From: a virus
Lineage: Duplodnaviria; Caudoviricetes
IMG/VR virus record: IMGVR_UViG_3300042465_002016
Location: 1 to 56,377 of that record
DNA length: 56,377 bases
Direction: 5' to 3' (one strand)
Shown here: positions 30,700 through 38,219 of the stretch, one piece after another
Layout: each line of letters begins with the position of its first letter
Numbering within the stretch: the stretch's first letter is position 1
Translations under genes and position numbers: made by a program
The notes under the pieces: model-generated
What the model was told of the DNA's origin: nothing
The model's input: only the letters and a program-made list of their open reading frames with translations
The model's database searches: none

Positions 30700-30867
30700 T
30701 TACTCGTCACACTCGCAAGGCTGAGCGTAGTCAAACTCGCAGAAGTAGCACCCCTGAGCCTCGAAATGCTTGTCGCAATAGTGACGGAATTGGATCTCGC
30801 CACAATGGATAAATTGGGTGTTATCAGTTAAATAGTACTGATTAACGGGATATAGGGTAAGTGACAT
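30700..30867 (-). CDS. Cys-rich (Zn-binding) protein, 55 aa
   Basis: HCGEIQFRHYC...GCYFCEFDY..PCEC; paralog of 35103-35309. Confidence 0.65.
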   Translation of the reverse strand: MSLTLYPVNQYYLTDNTQFIHCGEIQFRHYCDKHFEAQGCYFCEFDYAQPCECDE

Positions 30868-30897
30868 TTGGATGTCCTTTCTTTTTGTTATACCGCA

Positions 30898-30919
30898 ATT
30901 CTAGCAGGGGGTACTGACA
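30898..30919 (-). promoter_or_regulatory. PafBC/RecA-NDp-type promoter
   Basis: TGTCAG-N10-TAGAAT on minus strand. Confidence 0.75.
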
Positions 30920-30957
30920 TTTTGGCATGTATTTCGGGCGTGTCGCAAAACTATTTT

Positions 30958-30973
30958 TGTGATAAACCTCACA
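30958..30973. promoter_or_regulatory. CRP/GlxR-type box
   Basis: TGTGA-TAAACC-TCACA. Confidence 0.7.
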
Positions 30974-31090
30974 CGACAAATGCTAACAAAACGGACATGC
31001 TTCATTAGCAAAAGAGATCCCGGGCCGTGTCAAGTCGACACACCGATATAATTAAAATTGTTACGTAATTGTTATAATTTCCCCCGTTCT

Positions 31091-31122
31091 TGTGATATTC
31101 CTCACATGTGTTCTATGTCACA
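31091..31122. promoter_or_regulatory. Tandem CRP/GlxR-type boxes
   Basis: TGTGA-TATTCC-TCACA followed by TGTGT-TCTATG-TCACA. Confidence 0.7.
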
Positions 31123-31155
31123 ATGTCCGAATTGTTCTGATTGTACCCCTGAAAA

Positions 31156-31177
31156 TGTCAGACCCCTGTGTTAAACT
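31156..31177 (+). promoter_or_regulatory. PafBC/RecA-NDp-type promoter
   Basis: TGTCAG-N10-TAAACT. Confidence 0.75.
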
Positions 31178-31211
31178 TACAGTATAAAGAAAATAAAGAA
31201 AGGTGGTCAAA

Positions 31212-31457
31212 ATGACTACATTAAAAGAAAAAGGTTGGAAATTATCCTTCCGTGTTGAGTTAAACACAAATCCGAAATATCCTCTTATGAAAGAGTTTAG
31301 TACCTGCTTAGGGGTTATCTTTAATTCTGAGATACAGGCTAATGAGTACCTAGACCTTGTAGCCTTAACGGGTACAATTCTAGAAACTAACCTAGAGGAG
31401 ATCGAATATACTCCCTCTAAGTATGTCGCCTATGCTACTAATAGGAGTTGGGAGTGA
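31212..31457 (+). CDS. Hypothetical early protein
   Basis: GAAAGGT RBS before ATG 31212. Confidence 0.65.
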   Translation: MTTLKEKGWKLSFRVELNTNPKYPLMKEFSTCLGVIFNSEIQANEYLDLVALTGTILETNLEEIEYTPSKYVAYATNRSWE

Positions 31458-31496
31458 TGAGTATCACATCGGACACTATGCCTAAATAGGCAAAAA

Positions 31497-31518
31497 TGTC
31501 AGACCCTAATGCTAAACT
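31497..31518 (+). promoter_or_regulatory. PafBC/RecA-NDp-type promoter
   Basis: TGTCAG-N10-TAAACT; CRP-like AGTGA-N6-TCACA at 31453-31468. Confidence 0.75.
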
Positions 31519-31550
31519 TGCCATATAACGAAAACGAAAGGTGGTCAAAA

Positions 31551-31730
31551 ATGACTATACTAAAAACACAAGAGGTTATAGATAACGCCCTCTTATCCGT
31601 ACTAGAGCCTCACCTATACGGCAGAGCCTCTACCGCACTTATCCCATGCTCTAATTGTAGCGATAACTATTTAGAGGTATTTGCTAAAGATAAAAAGTTC
31701 ACTAAGTTCACATGTCAGGAGTGTAAATAA
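31551..31730 (+). CDS. Zn-ribbon hypothetical protein
   Basis: CSNC...CQEC; GAAAGGT RBS. Confidence 0.6.
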   Translation: MTILKTQEVIDNALLSVLEPHLYGRASTALIPCSNCSDNYLEVFAKDKKFTKFTCQECK

Positions 31731-31885
31731 TGAGTACCTTCGAAAAAATAGATTTGGCTTATGCCTTAGCAAAAGAAAAATATGGCGAGAGTAGTCACAC
31801 TTATGCTGCCCTATGGGGTAGCGCAAGCGTATTGCTTAGCGAAAGAGATTTAGATGTCGTAATCAGAGTAATGGAGAAAAAATAA
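31730..31885 (+). CDS. Hypothetical early protein (51 aa)
   Basis: LAKEKYG...YAALWG...ERDL; TAATG coupling. Confidence 0.65.
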   Translation: MSTFEKIDLAYALAKEKYGESSHTYAALWGSASVLLSERDLDVVIRVMEKK

Positions 31886-32061
31886 TGATAACACTTACAC
31901 TTACCTCATATAATGGTAACACTAAAAAAATGCCTTTCTATTCTAAGCAACAGGTACTAGATTTTCTTTCTGCGTTACCTTCACGCCTTAATAAAAACAC
32001 ATCTCTAAAAGTAGAGTGTGACATCTTAGCAATTAACGGAACTATTAGAGGAGATAAATAA
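31885..32061 (+). CDS. Hypothetical early protein (58 aa)
   Basis: MITLTLTS..G.TK.M.F.SK; TAATG coupling. Confidence 0.65.
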   Translation: MITLTLTSYNGNTKKMPFYSKQQVLDFLSALPSRLNKNTSLKVECDILAINGTIRGDK

Positions 32062-32252
32062 TGTTAGATTTTGATGTCGCTTTTGAAATTAAAACTTGGT
32101 TTGATGACATGCTAGACGAATCGTATAAGCCTTTTGAAATTGGTAACTTATCTTTTTCTGCCTCACAGATTTTGCGAGAGTGCGACCCTATTGCTTATCG
32201 CCAATCGCTATTAGATTTTGAGGACGCTATTAGAGAAAATGAAGAGGTATAA
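32061..32252 (+). CDS. Hypothetical protein
   Basis: FDDMLDE.Y...ASQIL...DPIAYR; coupled ORF. Confidence 0.65.
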   Translation: MLDFDVAFEIKTWFDDMLDESYKPFEIGNLSFSASQILRECDPIAYRQSLLDFEDAIRENEEV

Positions 32253-32534
32253 AAATGGAAATAGATTTATTCGGATTTGCTAACGCAATACAATTAGATC
32301 ATTTAAATAATGATCAACTTTTAGAATTAGAAAAAATACTTAACGGAATTGGAGAATAAAAAAAATGGATCTAACTTTTTTCACTGACGGAAGAGCTTTA
32401 TTTTTCTTAACTTTATTTTTTGCTTTTCGTTTTCTATATTTACTTTCTAAAGAATAGGGCCCGGGGCGCAAAAGTCAAATCGACACGCCGCTATATTTAA
32501 AATTGTTATTAAATTGTTACATAATTTTCTCCAA

Positions 32535-32550
32535 TGTGAGAATGATCACA
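32535..32550. promoter_or_regulatory. CRP/GlxR-type box
   Basis: TGTGA-GAATGA-TCACA. Confidence 0.7.
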
Positions 32551-32598
32551 AAAATAATTTAAGAAATGTCCGAATTGTTAGCATTTCTAATTTGATTT

Positions 32599-32620
32599 TG
32601 TCAGTCTAATAGTATAGACT
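32599..32620 (+). promoter_or_regulatory. PafBC/RecA-NDp-type promoter
   Basis: TGTCAG-N10-TAGACT. Confidence 0.75.
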
Positions 32621-32716
32621 TACATAGTAAGCAATTAAACGAAAGGTCAAAAATGACACTAGAGGAATATAAGGCGCACATAGAGGCGCAACGCAACGCA
32701 AGCAAGGCTCAGGCTT

Positions 32717-32738
32717 TGTCAGTCCTATCCGCTACAAT
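32717..32738 (+). promoter_or_regulatory. PafBC/RecA-NDp-type promoter
   Basis: TGTCAG-N10-TACAAT. Confidence 0.7.
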
Positions 32739-32765
32739 TAAAGAAATAAAGAAAGGTGACAACTA

Positions 32766-32975
32766 ATGTCAGCAAAACCATACACAATAATCAGCCTCTT
32801 AGAAGGAAAAAACTATCGCTCACACTCTCGCAATAATGAGGGAGTTATCATACACGCTACACCACGCCCAGATGTCTGGTACGGCTCAGAGTTTGAGGCG
32901 TATGCTATTGAGGTTCGCCCACCATGGGGAACACCAAACTTTTGGGCAACTGTCGCCGTTAAGGTAGGTGCGTAA
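32766..32975 (+). CDS. Hypothetical protein
   Basis: GAAAGGT RBS; 69 aa. Confidence 0.65.
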   Translation: MSAKPYTIISLLEGKNYRSHSRNNEGVIIHATPRPDVWYGSEFEAYAIEVRPPWGTPNFWATVAVKVGA

Positions 32976-33115
32976 TGATAAACTCAGTTCTAACAATTCC
33001 TTGCGAGGAATGCTACTCAACTGGCTTGATCTTTTTTGGATCAGGCGAGGAATATCATGTCGAGCCTTGTCAGTGCGTAGAGGTACAATTATTTAATACA
33101 CCCGAGAATAACTAA
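32975..33115 (+). CDS. Small Zn-finger-like protein (46 aa)
   Basis: CEECYSTG...PCQC; coupled start. Confidence 0.5.
   Translation: MINSVLTIPCEECYSTGLIFFGSGEEYHVEPCQCVEVQLFNTPENN
33068..33089 (+). promoter_or_regulatory. PafBC/RecA-NDp-type promoter
   Basis: TGTCAG-N10-TACAAT. Confidence 0.7.
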
Positions 33116-33130
33116 GGATAGGAAATATAA

Positions 33131-33340
33131 ATGACAATAGCAATCGAACACTCACTAAAGTTTGTAACTGAGTTTGATGAGAATCATCCAGTAGCAAAAC
33201 AATTTTTAGCACTTAGCGAATTGGATCAGATCCAACTTTTAGAATCAGTGCTACATAAATTTATAGTGCCTGCTTTAGAGCCAGCACTTGCTGAAGTAAA
33301 TGAACACGGCACTTACGCAATTCTAAAGGTGGTTAAATAA
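33131..33340 (+). CDS. Hypothetical protein
   Basis: ORF with RBS downstream of promoter. Confidence 0.6.
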   Translation: MTIAIEHSLKFVTEFDENHPVAKQFLALSELDQIQLLESVLHKFIVPALEPALAEVNEHGTYAILKVVK

Positions 33341-33541
33341 ATGATGACTCGTAAAGACTATGTTGCCACTGCTCAAATTCTTAGCAATTATTTTGCTACA
33401 TCTGTTTTTGATGAGCAAGGAGAAATTTTATTTGCTGATTTGGTAGATGAATTTTCTTTAATGTTCGAAACTGATAACGAAAGATTTGACGCAAACAGAT
33501 TTGCTATTGCTTGCTATAAAGAATTGGAGATGGCAAATTGA
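33341..33541 (+). CDS. Hypothetical phage protein
   Basis: MTRKDYV..A...F..DN.RFD..RF..AC, a pattern I recall from other phages. Confidence 0.7.
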   Translation: MMTRKDYVATAQILSNYFATSVFDEQGEILFADLVDEFSLMFETDNERFDANRFAIACYKELEMAN

Positions 33542-33690
33542 TTTTAGATAATGGAACACTAATCGCAATTGTAATTGCTTTAGCTGGATCGGTTGGAATG
33601 ATGATTGCTTTTTGGCAACGCAATATCCAATTAGAAAAAGAAATTCGCAGACTACAAGTTGCTTTGCGAAGTGAAAGAATAAAAAAGTAA
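33538..33690 (+). CDS. Small membrane protein (50 aa)
   Basis: TTG start after GGAG; TM then basic coiled segment. Confidence 0.5.
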   Translation: MILDNGTLIAIVIALAGSVGMMIAFWQRNIQLEKEIRRLQVALRSERIKK

Positions 33691-33695
33691 AATAA

Positions 33696-33723
33696 AAATC
33701 CTTAGCAAGATTTAAAACTGCTA
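33696..33723 (+). ncRNA. Mini H-type pseudoknot motif, copy 1
   Basis: AAATC-CT-TAGCA-A-GATTT-AAAAC-TGCTA. Confidence 0.7.
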
Positions 33724-33738
33724 GCACGGCCCGGGCCC

Positions 33739-33770
33739 TGTGATATTGATCACATGTGATATTTAACACT
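33739..33770. promoter_or_regulatory. Tandem CRP/GlxR-type boxes
   Basis: TGTGA-TATTGA-TCACA then TGTGA-TATTTA-ACACT. Confidence 0.7.
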
Positions 33771-33815
33771 TTACGTCTATTTGATATTTTTCCCCAATTG
33801 TGCTAAGATTAGTTT

Positions 33816-33962
33816 ATGACTAAGAAAACCGCTGAGGAATTACGCAGACTTATGGAACTTCGCCGTTCTAATGCTGCTACCCCTGTTAGGTCTAAGAAAG
33901 TTTATTCTCGAAAAGATAAATGTCAGTCTGCTATGCTAGAATTAAAAAATAACAACAACTAA
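33816..33962 (+). CDS. Small basic protein (48 aa), leaderless
   Basis: ELRRSNAA...SKKVYSRK; ATG 6 nt after TAAGAT. Confidence 0.55.
   Translation: MTKKTAEELRRLMELRRSNAATPVRSKKVYSRKDKCQSAMLELKNNNN
33921..33942 (+). promoter_or_regulatory. PafBC/RecA-NDp-type promoter
   Basis: TGTCAG-N10-TAGAAT. Confidence 0.75.
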
Positions 33963-33978
33963 GAAAGGTCGTGCCCCC

Positions 33979-34158
33979 ATGACATTTGAAAACGATGAAT
34001 TCTTTGATGAATTCTATTCTACTACCTGCCCTAAGTGTAATGAAAATTCCGTTGATCAATATATGCCTATGTGTGATCATTGCTGGTTAAATGAATTAGC
34101 AGATTCTGTTACTCATGAAGACATGGCCTTAGAAATGAGTCTTTCCCTTGACTACTAA
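33979..34158 (+). CDS. Acidic Zn-finger-like protein (59 aa)
   Basis: CPKC...CDHC; GAAAGGT RBS. Confidence 0.55.
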   Translation: MTFENDEFFDEFYSTTCPKCNENSVDQYMPMCDHCWLNELADSVTHEDMALEMSLSLDY

Positions 34159-34882
34159 TCCCCTGAAATTAAAACGTTCTAACGATAGAAAGGTCGCTAA
34201 CCTTGTCACTAAAAATGGAAAACAAGCAGCCATTGCTAATACCTTCGGCCTTCCCGCTGGAAAGGCTTATTCTTGTCCTGGCGCAACGACTGTTTGCGAG
34301 AGTGTCTGTTACGCAGGGAAACTTGAAAAGGTCTTCCCTTCTGTAAAAGTTAACCTGCTACACAACTGGGAACTATTGCGTAATGCTGATTACTTAACTA
34401 TGCTTAATTTGATCGGTGAAATGATTGCTGATTTTAAGGCTGATTGCGTAAAAAAGAATGCGCCCATGCTATTTCGTATCCATTGGGACGGTGACTTCTT
34501 TAATGATACTTATACTACCGCATGGTCTGATGTAATTAAACTTAATGCGGATGTACAATTCTGGGTTTACACTCGTGTTAAGTCTGCTGCTCTCATTCTA
34601 AAAGATATTGAAAACCTCTCACTGTATTTTTCTGCTGATAGCGAGAATGTTAAAACTGCTGTTGATCTAAAAATTAATAGCGGGGTCCGTATGGCATACC
34701 TTGCTAAGAATTTTGCTATAGGTCAAGCAGACATGAAAGAAATGGTTGGGCGCCCTGCTGCTAAATGTCCTGAGAATAATAAACAAATTCCATTGATTAG
34801 CGCTGCTGGCTCCGCATGCGTATCATGTTCACTTTGCGTTTATTCTAAGAGTGATATTATTTTTTCTGCGACTAAGAAATAA
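34148..34882 (+). CDS. GP88-family (Fe-S/radical-SAM-like) protein
   Basis: FGLPAG..CPGAT..C...CYA, FRIHWDGDFF, FWVYTR, C-terminal CxxCxxC. Confidence 0.75.
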   Translation: MTTNPLKLKRSNDRKVANLVTKNGKQAAIANTFGLPAGKAYSCPGATTVCESVCYAGKLEKVFPSVKVNLLHNWELLRNADYLTMLNLIGEMIADFKADCVKKNAPMLFRIHWDGDFFNDTYTTAWSDVIKLNADVQFWVYTRVKSAALILKDIENLSLYFSADSENVKTAVDLKINSGVRMAYLAKNFAIGQADMKEMVGRPAAKCPENNKQIPLISAAGSACVSCSLCVYSKSDIIFSATKK

Positions 34883-34957
34883 TAAAATGAACCATTGGTT
34901 ATATCTTTTTATTTTTCTTATAATTTTATTTATAACCCAGTGAAAGTGGGCCCGGGT

Positions 34958-34977
34958 TTATCCACAGATTATCCACA
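34958..34977 (+). promoter_or_regulatory. Two perfect DnaA boxes
   Basis: TTATCCACA at 34958 and 34969. Confidence 0.75.
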
Positions 34978-35045
34978 GGGTGATTTACGATGTGAGATTA
35001 AACACACCGAAATATTTTCCCAGTTTACGGCGTGTCGTAGAAAAA

Positions 35046-35067
35046 TGTCAGTGACCCATGGTAGGCT
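35046..35067 (+). promoter_or_regulatory. PafBC/RecA-NDp-type promoter
   Basis: TGTCAG-N10-TAGGCT; CRP-like TGTGA-N6-ACACA at 34991. Confidence 0.75.
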
Positions 35068-35102
35068 TACAGTATAAAGAAAAAGAAAGAAGGTTGCCCC
35101 CT

Positions 35103-35309
35103 ATGGCTACAGTTATAGATAAAACAGATCACTATTTAATTTGGGATATATCTCAGATTTGCTGCGATGAAATACAATTCCGTTATCAGTGCCGTGTATG
35201 CGATGAAATGATGGGTTGCTATTTCTGCTCATTTGATTACTCAGAACCCTGCGATTGTCAGTACGACATGGTAGTATCAGAAATATCAACTACGAAAGAA
35301 GGAAACTAA
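35103..35309 (+). CDS. Cys-rich (Zn-binding) protein
   Basis: CCDEIQFRYQC...GCYFCSFDY..PCDC. Confidence 0.65.
   Translation: MATVIDKTDHYLIWDISQICCDEIQFRYQCRVCDEMMGCYFCSFDYSEPCDCQYDMVVSEISTTKEGN
35256..35277 (+). promoter_or_regulatory. PafBC/RecA-NDp-type promoter
   Basis: TGTCAG-N10-TAGTAT. Confidence 0.7.
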
Positions 35310-35518
35310 TGGAATATAACTACTCACTTACCACTTCATATGACGGAGAATTGGTCAATACCTTAAAGGTAGCAGACCTCTTGGAGATTGTAAACGCTTG
35401 GAATCTATGCGTGGACTATGGCACTGCTAAAGAATATGCTACCTATAATTTGTCAGACCCAACGGGTAAGATGTTTACTAAGACCTTTCACCGCAACGGA
35501 ACAGTAGGAGTAAAGTAA
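35309..35518 (+). CDS. Hypothetical protein
   Basis: AAGGA RBS; TAATG coupling. Confidence 0.6.
   Translation: MEYNYSLTTSYDGELVNTLKVADLLEIVNAWNLCVDYGTAKEYATYNLSDPTGKMFTKTFHRNGTVGVK
35451..35472 (+). promoter_or_regulatory. PafBC/RecA-NDp-type promoter (intragenic)
   Basis: TGTCAG-N10-TAAGAT. Confidence 0.6.
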
Positions 35519-35685
35519 TGGCAAGATTTGAGTTTAACACTTTCATAGATGTAGAAGCAGAAAACTATGATGAGGCTATTGATGTTTTTCAATTCCAATT
35601 AAAATATGGAATAGATAAAGATAATGTTTATGTCGCAGACATAAAAGAATTAACTATTTACAACAACGAAGGCGTAGAGGTATAA
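35518..35685 (+). CDS. Hypothetical protein (55 aa)
   Basis: AGGAG RBS; coupled start. Confidence 0.55.
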   Translation: MARFEFNTFIDVEAENYDEAIDVFQFQLKYGIDKDNVYVADIKELTIYNNEGVEV

Positions 35686-35688
35686 ATA

Positions 35689-35976
35689 ATGGGATCAGTA
35701 ACAGCAATTGGATTAGCAGACACAACACTAGACCTTGAAACGCAATTGCGTTATCACTTACAGGGTAATCATTATCCACCAGTACCCGTTGAAATGGTTG
35801 CCCCTTGTATTGAAGCAATAGATGCCGCCTATGATGAGGACTATGAGCGTGTAATTGATATGCCTATGGTTGGTGACTTTCAGATACGTTGGCGTGGTTT
35901 GACCCAAGCACCAGCGTGGGCTATAATTGAACAACACAACCTGTCATGGTTTATTGACCCAGTAGATGAGGACTAA
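35689..35976 (+). CDS. Hypothetical phage protein
   Basis: HLQGNHYPPVP..M..PC..AI. Confidence 0.7.
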   Translation: MGSVTAIGLADTTLDLETQLRYHLQGNHYPPVPVEMVAPCIEAIDAAYDEDYERVIDMPMVGDFQIRWRGLTQAPAWAIIEQHNLSWFIDPVDED

Positions 35977-36107
35977 TGCTATATATGCCCCCTATAAATA
36001 AATGCCCATGTGATGAACACGAGTGTATGAACCAAGATGACTACACTATTGATGAGTATATGTGCGAGGAATGTTTTATGGACTGCGTAGAAATGGATAA
36101 TGCCTAA

Positions 36108-36350
36108 ATGAATGCTACAATGAAACCTATGGAATTAATCTTTGCTGATCGTCTAAACCCAGGGCAACTAATGCTAAATGATTTAATTGGTATTGAGAAT
36201 GATGTTGTTGAAGTTATTGGAGTTAATGATACTAATAACGGAGATGATTACCAAATTGAGTTCATTGATGAGTTTGGTGAAAAAGATATTGTTAATCTAA
36301 AACATGATGAGTTAGTTTCGCTATATGTTTATGTTGAGGATGATGAGTAA
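36108..36350 (+). CDS. Hypothetical acidic protein
   Basis: 80 aa ORF. Confidence 0.55.
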   Translation: MNATMKPMELIFADRLNPGQLMLNDLIGIENDVVEVIGVNDTNNGDDYQIEFIDEFGEKDIVNLKHDELVSLYVYVEDDE

Positions 36351-36415
36351 TTAGCTATACCCTGCGAAAGCAGGCCCGGGCCGCCCAACCTAAGATGATT
36401 GTCAAACCTATTAAG

Positions 36416-36431
36416 TGTGAGATTTATCACT
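36416..36431. promoter_or_regulatory. CRP/GlxR-type box
   Basis: TGTGA-GATTTA-TCACT upstream of TTGACA-N17-CATACT. Confidence 0.6.
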
Positions 36432-36538
36432 TCCCCGATTTACGATACGAATTGACATTTCCTGGATTTTCTGTCATACTTAGGTATAACCAAATAACAA
36501 TTCCAAATAGTGAGATTATCAGATAATAATTTGATAAA

Positions 36539-36560
36539 TGTCAGTAGGAAATGTTATACT
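36539..36560 (+). promoter_or_regulatory. PafBC/RecA-NDp-type promoter
   Basis: TGTCAG-N10-TATACT. Confidence 0.75.
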
Positions 36561-36593
36561 TAAAATATCAACCAAACAGAAAGGTAATACAAA

Positions 36594-36758
36594 ATGACAG
36601 TAGCAACTGCTCTCTACAATGTAGGCGACACCTACACAACCCAAAAGTCAAAGGTTACAGGAACGATTGTATCTATTGACCCACAAGCAAATGGTAATGT
36701 TCGAGTAAAGTTAGATGTTAATGGCGAACACCGCTACACAACTTGGACAGCAAAGTAA
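36594..36758 (+). CDS. Small beta-rich protein (54 aa)
   Basis: MTVATALYNVGD...RYTTWTAK; GAAAGGT RBS. Confidence 0.65.
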   Translation: MTVATALYNVGDTYTTQKSKVTGTIVSIDPQANGNVRVKLDVNGEHRYTTWTAK

Positions 36759-36809
36759 TCTAATTACTAAGTGCCTAGCGTACAGGCACTATAAATAAGT
36801 GGCGTGAAC

Positions 36810-36837
36810 TATCCTGAGCAAGATACCAAAAGGCTCA
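36810..36837 (+). ncRNA. Mini H-type pseudoknot motif, copy 2
   Basis: TATC-CT-GAGC-AA-GATA-CCAAAAG-GCTC. Confidence 0.65.
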
Positions 36838-36843
36838 CCAAAA

Positions 36844-36865
36844 TGTCAGACCAACCCCCTATAAT
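36844..36865 (+). promoter_or_regulatory. PafBC/RecA-NDp-type promoter
   Basis: TGTCAG-N10-TATAAT. Confidence 0.75.
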
Positions 36866-36900
36866 ATAAATACACCACAAACAGAAAAGGAAAATAACAA

Positions 36901-37323
36901 ATGGCTAGAGCAAAAGCAATAAATGTAAAAATCGCAACACCTAAAATCATCACAGCACTAGAAGCCTCCCTTGCTAAGTTAGAGGCAGACTACTCAACAC
37001 AAGAAAAAAACGAAGCAAAGTATCTAAAGGCAGTAGAAAAGTGGAAAGCAGATGTCTTTGCCTTCGCTATGGCTAATGTCAAGAAGTCTTTTAACTTACG
37101 CACTAATTATCGTTCATACAACGAAACACTAAACATTGACTTTGACCTAAAGGTTACAGAGTCAGAAATGCCAAAAGAGCCTGAGCGTGACTTTGAGTTT
37201 ATTCACGCAAGCACTTATCGTGAGTCTAAGAAAGAATTGTCAAACGCAATTCGTATTCTAAAGATGACAGATGAGGAAACAGTTAATACCTCAACTTACA
37301 ACGCAGTATCCGAATACCTATAA
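36901..37323 (+). CDS. Hypothetical protein
   Basis: AAAGGA RBS; ends AIRILKMTDEETVNTSTY...YL. Confidence 0.75.
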   Translation: MARAKAINVKIATPKIITALEASLAKLEADYSTQEKNEAKYLKAVEKWKADVFAFAMANVKKSFNLRTNYRSYNETLNIDFDLKVTESEMPKEPERDFEFIHASTYRESKKELSNAIRILKMTDEETVNTSTYNAVSEYL

Positions 37324-37344
37324 TTTCCATTTCCTATGGGAACT

Positions 37345-37370
37345 GTCCTGAGCATGACTAGAAACTGCTC
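37345..37370 (+). ncRNA. Mini H-type pseudoknot motif, copy 3
   Basis: GTC-CT-GAGCA-T-GAC-TAGAAAC-TGCTC. Confidence 0.7.
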
Positions 37371-37397
37371 AACACAAAATCTTAGAAAGGTAGCCCA

Positions 37398-37661
37398 ATG
37401 ATTAGCACAATGTTACAGATTAAAGAAGCAACAGAGGAAGCCCTCTTTGATCCTGATCTAATGAGTTTAGCACGATTCATGTTTGAAAATCGTGAGTATA
37501 TGGAAACTGAGGAATTTGCTCAATTACTATTTAAATACAGTTCCTCACTGTCAGCCCTAACAGCAACACTTGTTTCACAGGTTTGTTTATCACACTCAGA
37601 TATGTCAGACATGGTTGCTACAATTAAAGAAATGAAACAACTAACAGAGAGTATGGAGTAG
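37398..37661 (+). CDS. Hypothetical protein
   Basis: GAAAGGT RBS. Confidence 0.65.
   Translation: MISTMLQIKEATEEALFDPDLMSLARFMFENREYMETEEFAQLLFKYSSSLSALTATLVSQVCLSHSDMSDMVATIKEMKQLTESME
37603..37624 (+). promoter_or_regulatory. PafBC/RecA-NDp-type promoter (intragenic)
   Basis: TGTCAG-N10-TACAAT, 40 nt before next start. Confidence 0.65.
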
Positions 37662-37664
37662 CCC

Positions 37665-38069
37665 ATGAATACAACAGCAATCGCAACAGAGGATTTTCTT
37701 AAGGCCACTATCGCTAAGCAAGAGGAGCGCATTAATGATTTGACTGCACATGCCCAGCGCTTAGCGCAGCGTGACTATGACACAGCAGGCACCTTACAAA
37801 AACTGCGGGATGACCTTCATGAATGGACTATGAACGCATTGGAAGAGGCTTCAATCAATGAAGCAGAAGCGCAAGAGATTGCCGACATTGCTGGTTTTGA
37901 ATTAACACAAGAATTTGAATTAGAAGTATCAGTTCAATATTCAATAACCGTTAACGCTAAGAATTTAGAAGAGGCCATGAACGCAATTCATGATTTAGAT
38001 CTTGATTCTATTTCATATGACGAACCAATCACATATCTTTCGGGGACGATTGACCGCATAGATATTTAG
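37665..38069 (+). CDS. Hypothetical acidic protein
   Basis: GGAG RBS; 134 aa. Confidence 0.7.
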   Translation: MNTTAIATEDFLKATIAKQEERINDLTAHAQRLAQRDYDTAGTLQKLRDDLHEWTMNALEEASINEAEAQEIADIAGFELTQEFELEVSVQYSITVNAKNLEEAMNAIHDLDLDSISYDEPITYLSGTIDRIDI

Positions 38070-38084
38070 TAGGGGGCTACTAAT

Positions 38085-38111
38085 GGACCTGAGCACGTCC
38101 TTAAACTGCTT
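38085..38111 (+). ncRNA. Mini H-type pseudoknot motif, copy 4
   Basis: GGAC-CT-GAGCA-C-GTCC-TTAAAC-TGCTT. Confidence 0.7.
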
Positions 38112-38156
38112 CACAAATCCCGGGGGCAAAAATCTTAATTTGTCAAATCTATAAGC

Positions 38157-38172
38157 TGTGATTAAGATCACC
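38157..38172. promoter_or_regulatory. CRP/GlxR-type box
   Basis: TGTGA-TTAAGA-TCACC. Confidence 0.6.
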
Positions 38173-38219
38173 TAGAAAAATGTCCAGATTGTCCACATCT
38201 AACTATCCTAATTTGTATT

